64,000 bases of DNA from Antedon mediterranea (GCF_964355755.1 NC_092675.1:12333812-12397811), one strand, 5' to 3'; shown: positions 49,901-64,000, counted from the first letter of the stretch. The notes: generated by a model from the sequence alone, not told the origin. Program-made: numbers and translations.

Positions 49901-52900
49901 TCAGCGAGAGAGAGAGAGATAGATCAGCGAGAGAGAGATAGATAGATCAGCGAGAGAGAGAAAGATAGATCAGCGAGAGAGAGATAGATCAGCGAGGCAG
50001 AGATAGATAGATCAATCAGCGAGAGAGATAGATAGATCAACGAGAGAGAGATAGATCAGCGAGAGAGAGATAGATAGATCAGCGACAGAGAGATACATCA
50101 GCGAGAGACACAGATAAATCAGCGAGAGAGAGATAGATCAGCGACAGAGAGATAGATCAGCGAGACACAGATAGATCAACGAGAGAGAGATAGATCAGTG
50201 AGAGAGGGATACATCAGCGAGAGAGAGATAGATAGATCAGCGTGACAGAGATAGATAGATCAGCTAGAGAGAGATAGATCAGCGAGAGAGAGAGATAGAT
50301 AGATCAGCGAGAGAGAGATAGATCAGCGAGAGAGAGATAGATAGATCAGCGAGAGAGAGATAGATCAGCGAGAGAGAGATAGATCAGCGAGAGAGAGATA
50401 GATCAGCGAGAGAGATATAGATCAGCGTGAGAGAGATAGATCAGCGAGAAAGAGATCAGCGAGAGAGAGAGATAGATCAGCGAGAGAGAGATAGATCAGC
50501 GAGAGAGAGATAGATCAGCGAGAGAGAGAGATAGATCAGCGAGAGAGAGAGATAGATCAGCGAGAGAGAGAGTTAGATCAGCGAGAGAGAGAGATAGATC
50601 AGCGATAAATAGATAGATAAGCGAGAGATAGATAGATCAGCGAGAGAGAGATAGATAGATCAGCGAGAGAGAGAGAGAGAGAGATAGATCAGCAAGAGAG
50701 AGATAGAGAGAGAGAGATAGATCAGCAAGAGAGAGATAGATCAGCGAGTGAGAGAGATAGATCAGCGAGAGAGAGAGAGAGAGAGAGAAAGATAGATCAG
50801 CGAGAGAGAGATAGATCAGCGAGAGAGAGAGAGATAGATCAGTGAGAGAGAGAGAGATAGATCAGCGAGAGAGAGATAGATAGATCAGCGAGAGAGAGAT
50901 AGATCAGCGAGAGAGAGATAGATCAGCGAGAGAGATAGATAGATCAGCGAGAAAGAGATAGATAGATCAGCGAGAGAGAGATATATCAGCGGGGGAAAGA
51001 TAGATAGATCAGCGAGAGAGAGATAGATCAGTGAGAGAGAGATAAATCAGCGAGAGAGAGATAGATCATCGAGAGAGATAGATCAGCGAGAGAGAGATAG
51101 ATCAGCGAGAGAGAGATAGATCAGCGAGAGAGAGATAGATAAGCGAGACACAGATAGATCAGCGAGAGAGAGATAGATCAGCGAGAGAGAGATAGATCAG
51201 CGACAGAGAGATAGATCAGCGAGACACATATAGATCAACGAGAGAGAGATAGATCAGCGAGAGAGAGATACATCAGCGAGAGAGAGATAGATAGATCAGC
51301 GAGAGAAAGAGAGATAGATCAGCGAGAGAGAGATAGATCAGCGAGAGAGAGATATATAGATCAGCGAGAGAGAGAGAGATAGATCAGCAAGAGATAGATA
51401 GATCAGCGAGAGAGATAGATCAGCGAGAGAGATATAGATAGATCAGCGAGAGATAGATAGATCAGCGAGAGAGAGATAGATAGATCAGCGACAGAGAGAG
51501 AGATAGATCAGCGAGAGAGAGATAGATAGATCAGCGAGAGAGAGAAAGATAGATCAGCGAGAGAGAGATAGATCAGCGAGGCAGAGATAGATAGATCAAT
51601 CAGCGAGAGAGATAGATAGATCAACGAGAGAGAGATAGATCAGCGAGAGAGAGATAGATAGATCAGCGACAGAGAGATAGATCAGTGAGAGACACAGATA
51701 AATCAGCGAGAGAGAGATAGATCAGCGACAGAGAGATAGATCAGCGAGACACAGATAGATCAACGAGAGAGAGATAGATCAGTGAGAGAGGGATACATCA
51801 GCGAGAGAGAGATAGATAGATCAGCGTGACAGAGTAGATAGATCAGCTAGAGAGAGATAGATCAGCGAGAGAGAGATAGATAGATCAGCGAGAGAGAGAT
51901 AGATCAGCGAGAGAGAGATAGATAGATCAGCGAGAGAGAGATAGATCAGCGAGAGAGAGATAGATCAGCGAGAGAGAGATAGATCAGCGAGAGAGATATA
52001 GATCAGCGTGAGAGAGATAGATCAGCCAGAAAGAGATCAGCGAGAGAGAGAGATAGATCAGCGAGAGAGAGATAGATCAGCGAGAGAGAGATAGATCAGC
52101 GAGAGAGAGAGATAGATCAGCGAGAGAGAGAGATAGATCAGCGAGAGAGAGAGTTAGATCAGCGAGAGAGAGAGATAGATCAGCGCGAAATAGATAGATA
52201 AGCGAGAGATAGATAGATCAGCGAGAGAGAGATAGATAGATCAGCGAGAGAGAGAGAGAGAGATAGATCAGCAAGAGAGAGATAGAGAGAAAGAGATAGA
52301 TCAGCAAGAGAGAGATAGATCAGCGAGTGAGAGAGATAGATCAGCGAGAGAGAGAGAGAGAGAGAGAAAGATAGATCAGCGAGAGAGAGATAGATCAGCG
52401 AGAGAGAGAGATAGATCAGTGAGAGAGAGAGAGATAGATCAGCGAGAGAGAGATAGATAGATCAGCGAGAGAGAGATAGATCAGCGAGAGAGAGATAGAT
52501 CAGCGAGAGAGATAGATAGATCAGCGAGAAAGAGATAGATAGATCAGCGAGAGAGAGATATATCAGCGGGGGAGAGATAGATAGATCAGCGAGAGAGAGA
52601 TAGATCAGCGAGAGAGAGATAAATCAGCGAGAGAGAGATAGATCATCGAGAGAGAGATAGATCAGCGAGAGAAAGAGAGATAGATCAGCGAGAGAGAGAG
52701 ATAGATAGATCAGCGAGAGAGAGATAGATCAGCGAGAGAGAGAGATAGATCAGCAAGAGAGAGATAGATAGATCAGCGAGAGAGAGATAGATAGATAGAT
52801 CAGCGAGAGAGATAGATCAGCGAGAGAGAGATAAATCAGCGAGAGAGAGAGATAGATCAGCGAAAGAGAGATAGATAAGCGAGACACAGATAGATCAGCG

Positions 52901-53753
52901 AGAGAGAGATAGATCAGCGAGAGAGAGATAGATCAGCGACACAGAGATAGATCAGCGAGACACATATAGATCAACGAGAGAGAGATAGATCAGCGAGAGA
53001 GAGATACATCAGCGAGAGAGGGATAGATAGATCAGCGAGAGAGAGAGAGATAGATCAGCGAGAGAGAGATAGATCAGTGAGAGAGAGATATATAGATCAG
53101 CGAGAGAGAGATAGATCAGCAAGAGATAGATAGATCAGCGAGAGAGATAGATCAGCGAGAGAGATATAGATAGATCAGCGAGAGAGAGATAGATCAGCGA
53201 GAGAGAGATAGATAGATCAGCGAGAGAGAGAGAGATAGATCAGCGAGAGAGAGATAGATCAGCGAGGCAGAGATAGATAGATCGATCAGCGAGAGAGATA
53301 GATAGATCAACGAGAGAGAGATAGATCAGCGAGAGAGAGATAGATAGATCAGCGACAGAGAGATAGATCAGCGAGAGAGATAGATAGATCAGCGAGAGAG
53401 AGAGAAATAGATCAGCGAGAGAGAGATAGATAGATCAGCGACAGAGAGAGAGAGATAGATCAGTGAGAGAGAGAGATAGATCAGCGAGAGAGAGATGGAT
53501 AGATCAACGAGAGAGAGATAGATCAGCGTGACAGAGATAGATAGATCAGCTAGAGAGAGATAGATCAGCGAGAGAGAGAGATAGATAGATCAGCGAGAGA
53601 GAGAAAGATCAGCGAGAGAGAGATAGATAGATCAGCGAGAGAGAGATAGATCAGCGAGAGAGAGATAGATCAGCGAGAGAGAGATAGATCAGTGAGAGAG
53701 ATATAGATCAGCGTGAGAGAGATAGATCAGCGAGAGAGAGAGAGAGATAGATC

Positions 53754-53796
<43 letters not shown>

Positions 53797-54071
53797 TCAG
53801 TGAGAGAGAGAGATGGATAGATCAGCGAGAGAGAGATAGATCAGCGTGACAGAGATAGATAGATCAACGAGAGAGAGATAGATCAGCGAGGGAGAGAGAT
53901 AGATAGATCAGCGAGAGAGAGATAGATCAGCGAGAGAGAGATAGATAGATCAGCGAGAGAGAGATAGATCAGCGAGAGAGAGATAGATCAGCGAGAGAGA
54001 GATAGATCAGTGAGAGAGATATAGATCAGCGTGAGAGAGATAGATCAGCGAGAGAGAGAGAGAGATAGATC

Positions 54072-54110
<39 letters not shown>

Positions 54111-57100
54111 TCAGCGAGAGAGAGAGAGATAGATCAGCGAGAGAGAGAGTTAGATCAGCGAGAGAGAGAGATAGATCAGCGCGAAATAGATAGATAAGCG
54201 AGAGATAGATAGATCAGCGAGAGAGAGATAGATAGATCAGCGAGAGAGAGAGAGAGATAGATCAGCGAGAGAGAGAGATAGATCAGCGAGAGAGAGATAG
54301 ATCAGCCAGAGAGAGATAGATCAGCGAGAGAGAGATAGATCAGCGAAAGAAAGATAGATCAGCGAGAGAGAGATAGATCAGCCAGAGAGAGAAAGATCAG
54401 CGAGAGAGAGAAAGATCAGAGAAAGAGAGAGATAGATCAGCGAGAGAGAGAAAGATCAGCGAGAAAGAGATAGGTCAGCGAGAGAGAGATAGATCAGCGA
54501 GAGATAGATAGATCAGCGAGAGAGAGAGATAGATTAGAGAGAGAGATAGATCAGCTAGAGAGAGATAGATCAGCGAGAGAGAGATAGATCAGCGAGAGAG
54601 AGATAGATCAACGAGAGAGAGATAGATCAGCGAGAGACAGATAGATCAGCGACAGACAGATAGATCAGCGAGAGAGAGATAGATCAGCGAGAGAGAGATA
54701 GATAGATCAGCGAGAGGGAGATAGATCAGCGAGAAAGAGATAGATAGATCAGCGAGAGAGAGATAGATAGATCAGCAAGAGAGATAGATAGATCAGCGAG
54801 AGAGAGATAGATCAGCGAGAGAGATAGATCAGCGAGATAGAGATAGATCAGCGAGAGAGAGATAGATAGATCAGCGATCGAGAGATAGATAGATCAGCGA
54901 GAGAGAGATAGATCAGCGAGAGAGAGATAGATAGATCAGCGAGAGAGAGATAGATAGATCAGCGAGAGAGAGATAGATAGATCAGCGAGAGAGAAATTGA
55001 TAGATCAGCGAGAAAGAGATAGATCAGCGAGAGAGAGATAGATAGATAGGCGAGAGAGAGATAGATCAGCGAGAGAGAGATAGATAGATCAGCGAAAGAG
55101 AGATAGATCAGCGAGAGAGAGATAGATAGATCAGCGAGAGAGAGAGATAGATAGATCAGCGATAGAGAGATAGATAGATCAGCGAGAAGGAGATAGATCA
55201 GCGAGAAAGAGATAGATCAGCCAGAGAGAGATAGATCAGCCAGATAGAGAAAGATCAGCGAGAGAGAGAGATAGATAGATCAGCGAGAGAGAGATAGATT
55301 GATCAGCGAGTGAGAGACAGATCAACGAGAGAGAGAAAGATCAGCGAGAGAGAGATAGATCAGCGAGAGAGAGATAGATCAGTGAGAGAGAGAGATAGAT
55401 AGATCAGCGAGAGAGAGATATGTCAGCGAGAGAGAGATAGATCAGCGAGAGAGAGGTAGATCAGCGAGAGAGAGATAGATCAGCGAGAGAGAGATATAGA
55501 TCAGCGAGAGAGAGATAGACCAGCGAGAGAGAGATAGATCAGCGAGAGAGAGGTAGATTAGAGAGAGAGAGAGAGAGAGATAGATCAGCGAGAGAGAGAG
55601 ATAGATCGGCGAGAGAGAGAGAGATAGATCAGCGAGAGAGAGATAGATCAGCGAGAGAGAAATAGATCAGCGAGACAGAAGTAGATCAGCGAGAGAGATA
55701 TAGATCAGCGAGCGAGAGATAGATCAGCGAGAGAGAGATAGATCAGCGAGAGAGATAGATCAGCGAGAGAGAGATCAGCGAGAGAGAGATAGATCAGCGA
55801 GAGAGAGATAGATCAGCGAGAGAAAGATAGATCAGCGAGAGAGAGATAGATCAGCGAGAGAGAGAGAGATAGATCAGCGAGAGAGAGATAGATCAGCGAG
55901 AGAGAGATAGATCAGCCAGAGAGAGATAGATCAGCGAGAGAGAGAAAGATCAGAGAGAGAGATAGATCAGCGAAAGAAAGATAGATCAGCGAGAGAGAGA
56001 TAGATCAGCAAGAGAGAGAAAGATCAGCGAGAGAGAGAATGATCAGAGAGAGAGAGAGATAGATCAGCGAGAGAGATAGATCAGCGAGAAAGAGAGATAG
56101 ATCAGCGAGATAGAGATAGATCAGCCAGAGAGAGATAGATCAGCGAGAGAGAGAAAGATCAGAGAGAGAGAGATAGATCAGCGAAAAAAAGATAGATCAG
56201 CGAGAGAGAGATAGATCAGCCAGAGAGAGAAAGATCAGCGAGAGAGAGAGAAAGATCAGAGAAAGAGAGAGATAGATCAGCGAGAGAGAGATAGATCAGC
56301 GAGAAAGAGATAGGTCAGCGAGAGAGAGATAGATCAGCGAGAGATAGATAGATCAGCGAGAGAGAGAGATAGATTAGAGAGAGAGATAGATCAGCTAGAG
56401 AGAGATAGATCAGCGAGAGAGAGATAGATCAGCGAGAGAGAGATAGATCAACGAGAGAGAGATAGATCAGCGAGAGACAGATAGATCAGCGAGAGAGAGA
56501 TAGATAGATCAGCGAGAGGGATATAGATCAGCGAGAAAGAGATAGATAGATCAGCGAGAGCGAGATAGATAGATCAGCGAGAAAGATAGATAGATCAGCG
56601 AGAGAGAGATAGATTAGCGAGAGAGATAGATCAGCGAGAGAGAGATAGATAGATCAGCGAGAGAGAGATAGATCAGTGAGAGAGAGATAGATCAGCGAGA
56701 GGGAGATAGATAGATCAGCGAGAGATAGATAGATAGATCAGTGAGAGAGAGATAGATAGATCAGCGAACGAGAGATAGATCAGCGAGAGAGAGAGATAGA
56801 TAGATCAGCGAGAGAGAGATAGATAGATCAGCGAGAGAGAGATAGATAGATCAGCGAGAGAGAGATAGATAGATCAGCGAGAGAGAAATTGATAGATCAG
56901 CGAGAGAGATAGATCAGCGAGAGAGAGATAGATAGATCAGCGAGAGAGAGATAGATAGATCAGCGAGAGAGAGATAGATCAGCGAGAAAAAGATAGATAG
57001 ATCAGCGAGAGAGAGATAGATAGATCAGCGAGAGAGAGATAGATAGATCAGCGAGAGAGAGATAGATCAGCAAGAGAGAGATAGATAGATCAGCGAGAGA

Positions 57101-60100
57101 GAGATAGATCAGCGAAAGAGAGATAGATAGATCAGCGAGAGAGAGATAGATCAGCGAGAGGGAGATAGATCAGCGAGAAAGAGATAGATCAGCCAGAGAG
57201 AGATAGATCAGCCAGAGAGAGAAAGATCAGCGAGAGAGATAGATAGATCAGCGAGAGAGAGATAGATAGATCAGCGAGAAAGAGATAGATCTACGAGAGG
57301 GAGAAAGATCAGCGAGAGGGAGAGATAGATCAGCGAGAGAGAGATAGATCAGCGAGAGAGAGATAGATCAGCGAGAAAGAGATAGATCAGAGAGAGAGAG
57401 AGAGATAGATCAGCGAGAGAGAGAGATAGACCAGCGAGAGAGAGATAGATCAGCGAGAGAGAGGTAGATTAGCGAGAGAGAGATAGATCAGCGAGAGAGA
57501 GAGATAGATCGAGGAGAGAGAGAGATGGATAGATCAGCGAGAGAGAGATAGATAGATCAGCGAGAGAGAGATAGATAGATCAGAGAGAGAGAGAGAAAGA
57601 TAGATAAGCGAGAGAGAGATAGATCAGCGAGAGAGAGATAGATAGATTAGCGAGAGATAGATAGATAGATCAGCAAGAGAGAGATAGATAGATCAGCGAA
57701 CGAGAGATAGATCAGCGAGAGAGATATAGATAGATCAGCGAGAGAGATATAGATAGATCAGCGAGAGAGAGATAGATAGATCAGCGAGAGAGAGATAGAT
57801 AGATCAGCGAGAAAGAGATAGATAGATCAGCGAGAGAGAAATTGATAGATCAGCGAGAGAGAGATAGATCAGCGAGAGAGAGATAGATAGATCAGCGAGA
57901 GAGAGATAGATAGATCAGCGAGAGAGAGATAGATAGATCAGCGAGAGAGAGATAGATCAGCGAGAGAGAGAGAGAGATAGATCAGAGAGATAGAGAGATA
58001 GATCAGCGAGAGAGAGAGATAGATCAGCCAGAAAAAGATAGATCAGCGAGAGAGAGAAAGATCAGAGAGAGAGAGAGAGAGATAGATCAGCGAGAGATAG
58101 ATCAGCGAGAGAGAAATAGTTCAGCGAGAGAGAGATAGATCAGCCAGAGAGAGATAGATCACCGAGAGAGCGAAAGATCAGCGAGAGAGAGATAGATAGA
58201 TCAGCGAGAGAGAGATAGATAGATCAGCGAGAGAGAGATAGATCAGCGAGAGAGAGAGATAGATCAGCGAGAGAGAGATAGATCAGCGAGAGAGAGATAG
58301 ATCAGCGAGAGTGAGATAGATCAGCGAGAGAGAGATAGATCAGCGAGAGCGAGAGAGATAAATCAGGGAGAGAGAGATAGATCAGCGAGAGAGAGATGGA
58401 TAGATCAGCGAGAGAGAGATAGATAGATCAGCGAGAGAGAGAGATAGATCAGCGAGAGAGAGATAGATAAATCAGCGAGAGAGAGATAGATCAGCGAGAA
58501 AGAGATAGATAGATCAGCGAGAGAGAGATAGATAGATCAGCGAGAGAGAGATAGATAGATCAACGAGAGAGAGATAGATCAGCGAGAGAGAGAGATAGAT
58601 CAGCGAGAGAGAGATAGATCAGCGAGAGAGAGATAGATCAGCGAGAGTGAGATAGATCAGCGAGAGAGAGATAGATCAGCGAGAGCGAGAGAGATAAATC
58701 AGGGAGAGAGAGATAGATCAGCGAGAGAGAGATGGATAGATCAGCGAGAGAGAGATAGATAGATCAGCGAGAGAGAGAGATAGATCAGCGAGAGAGAGAT
58801 AGATAAATCAGCGAGAGAGAGATAGATCAGCGAGAAAAAGATAGATAGATCAGCGAGAGAGAGAGATAGATAGATCAGCGAGAGAGAGATAGATCAGCTA
58901 GAAAGAGATAGATAGATCAGCGAGAGAGAGATAGATACATCAGCGAGAGAGAGATAGATAGATCAGCGAGAGAGAGATAGATAGATCAGAGAGAGAGAGA
59001 TAGATAGATCAGCGAGAGAGAGATAGATAGATCAGCGAGAGGGAGATAGATCAGCGAGAAAGAGATAGATCAGCCACAGAGAGATAGATCAGCCAGAGAG
59101 AGAAAGATCAGCGAGAGAGAGATAGATAGATCATCGAGAGAGAGATAGATAGATCAGCGAGAGAGAGACAGATCAACGAGAGGGAGAAAGATCAGCGAGA
59201 GAGAGATAGATCAGCGAGAGAGAGATAGATCAGCGAGAGAGAGAGAGATAGATCGGCGAGAGAGAGATAGATAGATCAGCGATAGAGAGAGATAGATCAG
59301 CGAGAGAGAGATAGATCAGCGAGAGAGAGATAGTTCAGCGAGAGAGAGATAGATCAGCGAGAGAGAGAGATAGATCAGCGAGAGAGAGATAGACCAGCGA
59401 GAGAGAGATAGATCAGCGAGAGAGAGGTAGATTAGCGAAAGAGAGAGAGATAGATCAACGAGAGAAAGAGAGAGATAGATCAGCGAGAGAGAGATAGATA
59501 GATCAGCGAGAGAGAGAGAGAGAGAGATAGATAGATCAGCGAGAGAGAGATAGATAGATCAGCGAGAGAGAGATAGATCAGCGAGAGAGATATATAGATC
59601 AGCGAGAGAGAGATAGATAGATCAGCGAGAGAGAGATAGATCAGCGAAAGAAAGAGAGAGAGAGATAGATCAGCGAGAGAAAGAGAGAGATAGATCAGCG
59701 AGAGAGAGAGATAGATCAGCCAGGGAGAGATAGATCAGCGAGAGAGAGAAAGATCAGAGAGAGAGATAGATCAGCGAGAGAGAAATAGATCAGTGAGAGA
59801 GAGATAGATCAGCCAGAGAGAGATAGATCACCGAGAGAGCGAAAGATCAGCGAGAGAGAGATAGATAGATCAGCGAGAGAGAGATAGATAGATCAGCGAG
59901 AGAGAGATAGATCAGCGAGAGAGAGAGATAGATCAGCGAGAGAGAGATAGATCAGCGAGAGAGAGATAGATCAGCGAGAGCGAGAGAGATAAATCAGCGA
60001 GAGAGAGATAGATCACCGAGAGAGAGATGGATAGATCAGCGAGAGAGAGAGATAGATAAGCGAGAGAGATAGATAGATCACAGAGAGAGAGATAGATCAG

Positions 60101-63100
60101 CGAGAGAGAGATAGATAGATCAGCGAGAGAGAGATAGATCAGCGAGAAAGAGATAGATAGATCAGCGAGAGAGAGATATATCACCGAGAGAGAGATAGAT
60201 AGATCAGCGAGAGAGAGATAGATGGATCAGCGAGAGAGAGATAGATAGATCAGCGAGAGAGAGGTAGATCAGCGAGAAAGAGATATATAGATCAGCGAGA
60301 GAGAGATAGATAGATCAGCGAGAGAGAGATAGATCAGCGAGAGAGAGATAGATAGATCAGCGAGAGGGAGATAGATCAGCGAGAAAGAGATATATAGATC
60401 AGCGAGAGAGAGATAGATAGATCAGCGAGAGAGATAGATAGATCAGCGAGAGAGATAGATCAGCGAGAGAGAGAGAGATAGACAGATCAGCGAGAGAGAG
60501 AAAGATCAGCGAGAGAGAGATAGATAGATCAGCGAGAGAGAGGTAGATTAGCGAGGGAGAGAGATAGATCAGCGAGAGAGAGATAGATAGATCAGCGAGA
60601 GAGAGATAGATAGATCAGAGAGAGAGAGAGATAGATAGATCAGCGAGAGAGAAATTGATAGATCAGCGAGAGAGAGATAGATCAGCGAGAGAGAGATAGA
60701 TAGATCAGCGAGAGAGAGATAGATAGATCAGCGAGAGATAGATAATCGAGAGAGAAATTGATAGATCAGCGAGAGAGAGAGATAGATCAGCGAGAGAGAG
60801 ATAGATAGATCAGCGAGAGAGAGATAGATAGATCAGCGAGAGAGAGATAGATCAGCGAGAGAGAGAGAGAGATAGATCAGCGAGAGAGAGAGATAGATCA
60901 GCGAGAGAGAGATAGATCAGCGAGAAAGAGATAGGTCAGTGAGAGAGAGATAGATCAGCGAGAGAGAGATAGATCAGCGAGAGAGAGATAGATCAGCGAG
61001 AGAGAGAAAGATAGATCAGCGAGAGAGAGAGATAGATCAGCGAGAGAGAGATAGATCAGCCAGAGAGAGATAGATCAGCGAGAGAGAGATAGATCAGCGA
61101 AAGAAAGATAGATCAGCGAGAGAGAGATAGATCAGCCAGAGAGAGAAAGATCAGCGAGAGAGAGAAAGATCAGAGAAAGAGAGAGATAGATCAGCGAGAG
61201 AGAGATAGATCAGCGAGAAAGAGATAGGTCAGCGAGAGAGAGATAGATCAGCGAGAGATAGATAGATCAGCGAGAGAGAGAGATAGATTAGAGAGAGAGA
61301 TAGATCAGCTAGAGAGAGATAGATCAGCGAGAGAGAGATAGATCAGCGAGAGAGAGATAGATCAACGAGAGAGAGATAGATCAGCGAGAGACAGATAGAT
61401 CAGCGACAGACAGATAGATCAGCGAGAGAGAGATAGATTAGCGAGAGAGAGATAGATAGATCAGCGAGAGGGAGATAGATCAGCGAGAAAGAGATAGATA
61501 GATCAGCGAGAGAGAGATAGATAGATCAGCGAGAGAGATAGATAGATCAGCAAGTGAGAGATAGATCAGCGAGAGAGATAGATCAGCGAGAGAGAGATAG
61601 ATCAGCGAGAGAGAGATAGATAGATCAGCGATCGAGAGATAGATAGATCAGCGATCGAGAGATAGATCAGCGAGAGAGAGATAGATAGATCAGCGAGAGA
61701 GAGATAGATAGATCAGCGAGAGAGAGATAGATAGATCAGCGAGAGAGAAATTGATAGATCAGCGAGAGAGAGATAGATCAGCGAGAGAGAGATAGATAGA
61801 TAGGCGAGAGAGAGATAGATCAGCGAGAGAGAGATAGATAGATCAGCGAAAGAGAGATAGATCAGCGAGAGAGAGATAGATAGATCAGCGAGAGAGAGAG
61901 AGATAGATCAGCGAGAGAGAGATAGATAGATTAGCGAGAGAGAGATAGATAGATCAGCGAGAAAGAGATAGATAGATCAGCGAAAGGGAGATAGATCAGC
62001 GAGAAAGAGATAGATCAGCCAGAGAGAGATAGATCAGCCAGAGAGAGAAAGATCAGCGAGAGAGAGATAGATAGATCAGCGAGAGAGAGAGAGATAGATA
62101 GATCAGCGAGAGAGAGACAGATCAACGAGAGAGAGAAAGATCAGCGAGAGAGAAATAGATCAGCGAGAGAGAGATAGATCAGCGAGAGAGAAAGATAGAT
62201 AGATCAGCGAGAGAAAGATATATCAGCGAGAGAGAGATAGATCAGCGAGAGAGAGATAGATCAGCAAGAGAGAGATAGATCAGCGAGAGAGAGAGAGATA
62301 GATAAGCGAGAGAGAGATAGACCAGCGAGAGAGAGATAGATCAGCAAGAGAGAGGTAGATTAACGAGAGAGAGAGAGAGATAGATCAGCGAAAGAGAGAG
62401 ATAGATCGGCGAGAGAGAGATAGATCAGCGAGAGAGAGATAGATCAGCGAGAGAGAGATAGATCAGCGAGACAGAGATAGATCAGCGAGGGAGAGATAGA
62501 TCAGCGAGCGAGAGATAGATCAGCGAGAGAGAGAAAGATCAGCGAGAGAGATAGATCAGCGGGAGAGAAATAGATCAGCGAGAGAGAGATAGATCAGCGA
62601 GAGACAGAGATCAGCGAGAGAGAGATAGATCAGCGAGAGAGAGATAGATCAGCGAGAGAGATAGATCAGCGAGAGAGAGAGAGATAGATCAGCAAGAGAG
62701 AGAGATAGATCAGCAAGAGAGAGATAGATCACCCAGAGAGAGATAGATCAGCGAGAGAGAGAAAGATCAGAGAGAGAGATAGATCAGCGAGAGAGAGATA
62801 GATCAGCAAGAGAGAGATAGATCAGCCAGAGAGAGAAAGATCAGCGAGAGAGAGAAAGATCAGAGAGAGGGAGATAGATCAGCGAGAGAGAGATAGATCA
62901 GCGAGAGAGAGATAGGTCAGCGAGAGAGAGATAGATCAGCGAGAGATAGATAGATCAGCGAGACAGAGAGAGATAGATCAGAGAGATAGATAGATCAGCG
63001 AGAGAGAGATAGATAGATCAGCGAAAGGGAGATAGATCAGCGAGAAAGAGATAGATCAGCCAGAGAGAGATAGATCAGCCAGAGAGAGAAAGATCAGCGA

Positions 63101-63260
63101 GAGAGAGATAGATAGATCAGCGAGAGAGAGATAGATAGATCAGCGAGAGAGAGACAGATCAACGAGAGAGAGAAAGATCAGCGAGAGAGAAATAGATCAG
63201 CGAGAGAGAGATAGATCAGCGAGAGAGAAAGATAGATAGATCAGCGAGAGAAAGATATAT
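38767..63260 (+). repeat. ~24.5-kb compound micro/minisatellite (GATA)1-3GATCAGC(GA)n, modal unit ~20 bp
   Basis: Continuous; no non-repeat insertion seen. Confidence 0.97.
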
Positions 63261-64000
63261 CTTTCTTTCTTTCTTTCTTGGAGATCCAAGAAACATTTAT
63301 TATATATGGCCTTTGGCCCAAATAATATACAATGTAATACAATATTAAATAAATATCAGTTGAGTGCGTTTAAAAATTCTGTTCTACGTTTATATGAAAA
63401 AAATAAATATTTTCCAAGTTTAACAATAAGATCAGTATTTGTGGCAGACATAAGATAAATATATTTTAATTTAGTTGGGTTGTTTGTATAAAAGGAAAAC
63501 ATATATTTTGTTCTAATATCTGAATAAAATGGACAAACTAAAGTGAAATGATATTCATCTTCAATTGATTGTAAAGCACATAATTTGCATAATCTTTCAT
63601 TTCTATTTATACAATTCCATCTTCCTTTTTCAATTTCTAATTCTAAAATTCCTAGTCGTATCTTAGTCATAATTTGTCTATGTTTGTAATTTGTTACTTT
63701 TGTTAGATATTCTTCAATCCCAAACTTATATTTAACGTGCTTGTAATATTGGAGCTTAGAGTGTAGCCTAGTATCTTCGTAGAATTTCTGTCGTTCAATG
63801 TCTGTAAGCCTTTGTTTAAAATTTGAAATAAAAGTATATATATTATTAACCTGTTGTGAGTACCATATGTTACCAAATCCATTTATGCATAGTATTTGTT
63901 TTACGTCATTGGCCCAACATTGCTCATTTCTTTGAGCTTTTCTATATTGAAAATCATAACATTGTTTAATAAATTTGTCATTATCCATTTGGATTACTCT
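63261..64000 (-). mobile_element. LINE 3' end, RTE-X-like, with (GAAA)n tail; runs off the right edge
   Basis: ORF 63356-63988 with RLCKLC...IEDEYHFTLVCPFY (C-terminal CCHC-like domain). 3'UTR GGCCAAAGGCC hairpin and AATAAA. Confidence 0.78.

Noticed and set aside
59933-60184. 83-aa L/S/I-rich ORF
   Set aside because: Translation of the microsatellite's pyrimidine strand.

Overview
AT-rich eukaryotic (metazoan, probably invertebrate) repeat-dense DNA. I found no recognisable host gene and no prokaryotic features. Bases 1-38.7 kb are a deep nest of mostly decayed transposons: a LINE 5' end carrying two tandem L1-type ORF1s, a BEL/Pao remnant, two non-autonomous Helitrons, a tRNA-SINE, L2/CR1/RTE/Rex-Babar LINEs, a Penelope element with inverted pLTRs, a solo LTR, an Academ-like foldback, a PIF/Harbinger, two MULE-like MITEs and four Helentron-type HINEs. 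These are interleaved with 24-, ~88- and ~186-195-bp tandem repeats. Bases 38.8-63.3 kb are a ~24.5-kb purine-rich (GATA)GATCAGC(GA)n array with kb-scale higher-order repeats, followed by the 3' end of an RTE-X-like LINE. Most notable: (i) minimal hammerhead-like motifs with compensated non-canonical 3:8 pairs (A3:U8, whose U8 is also part of the ORF stop codon, and U3:A8); (ii) a LINE with two 5'UTR-ORF1 modules; (iii) an inversion of roughly 8-12 kb reconstructed from three split elements. Coordinates were counted by eye and family names come from motif recognition, not database searches.
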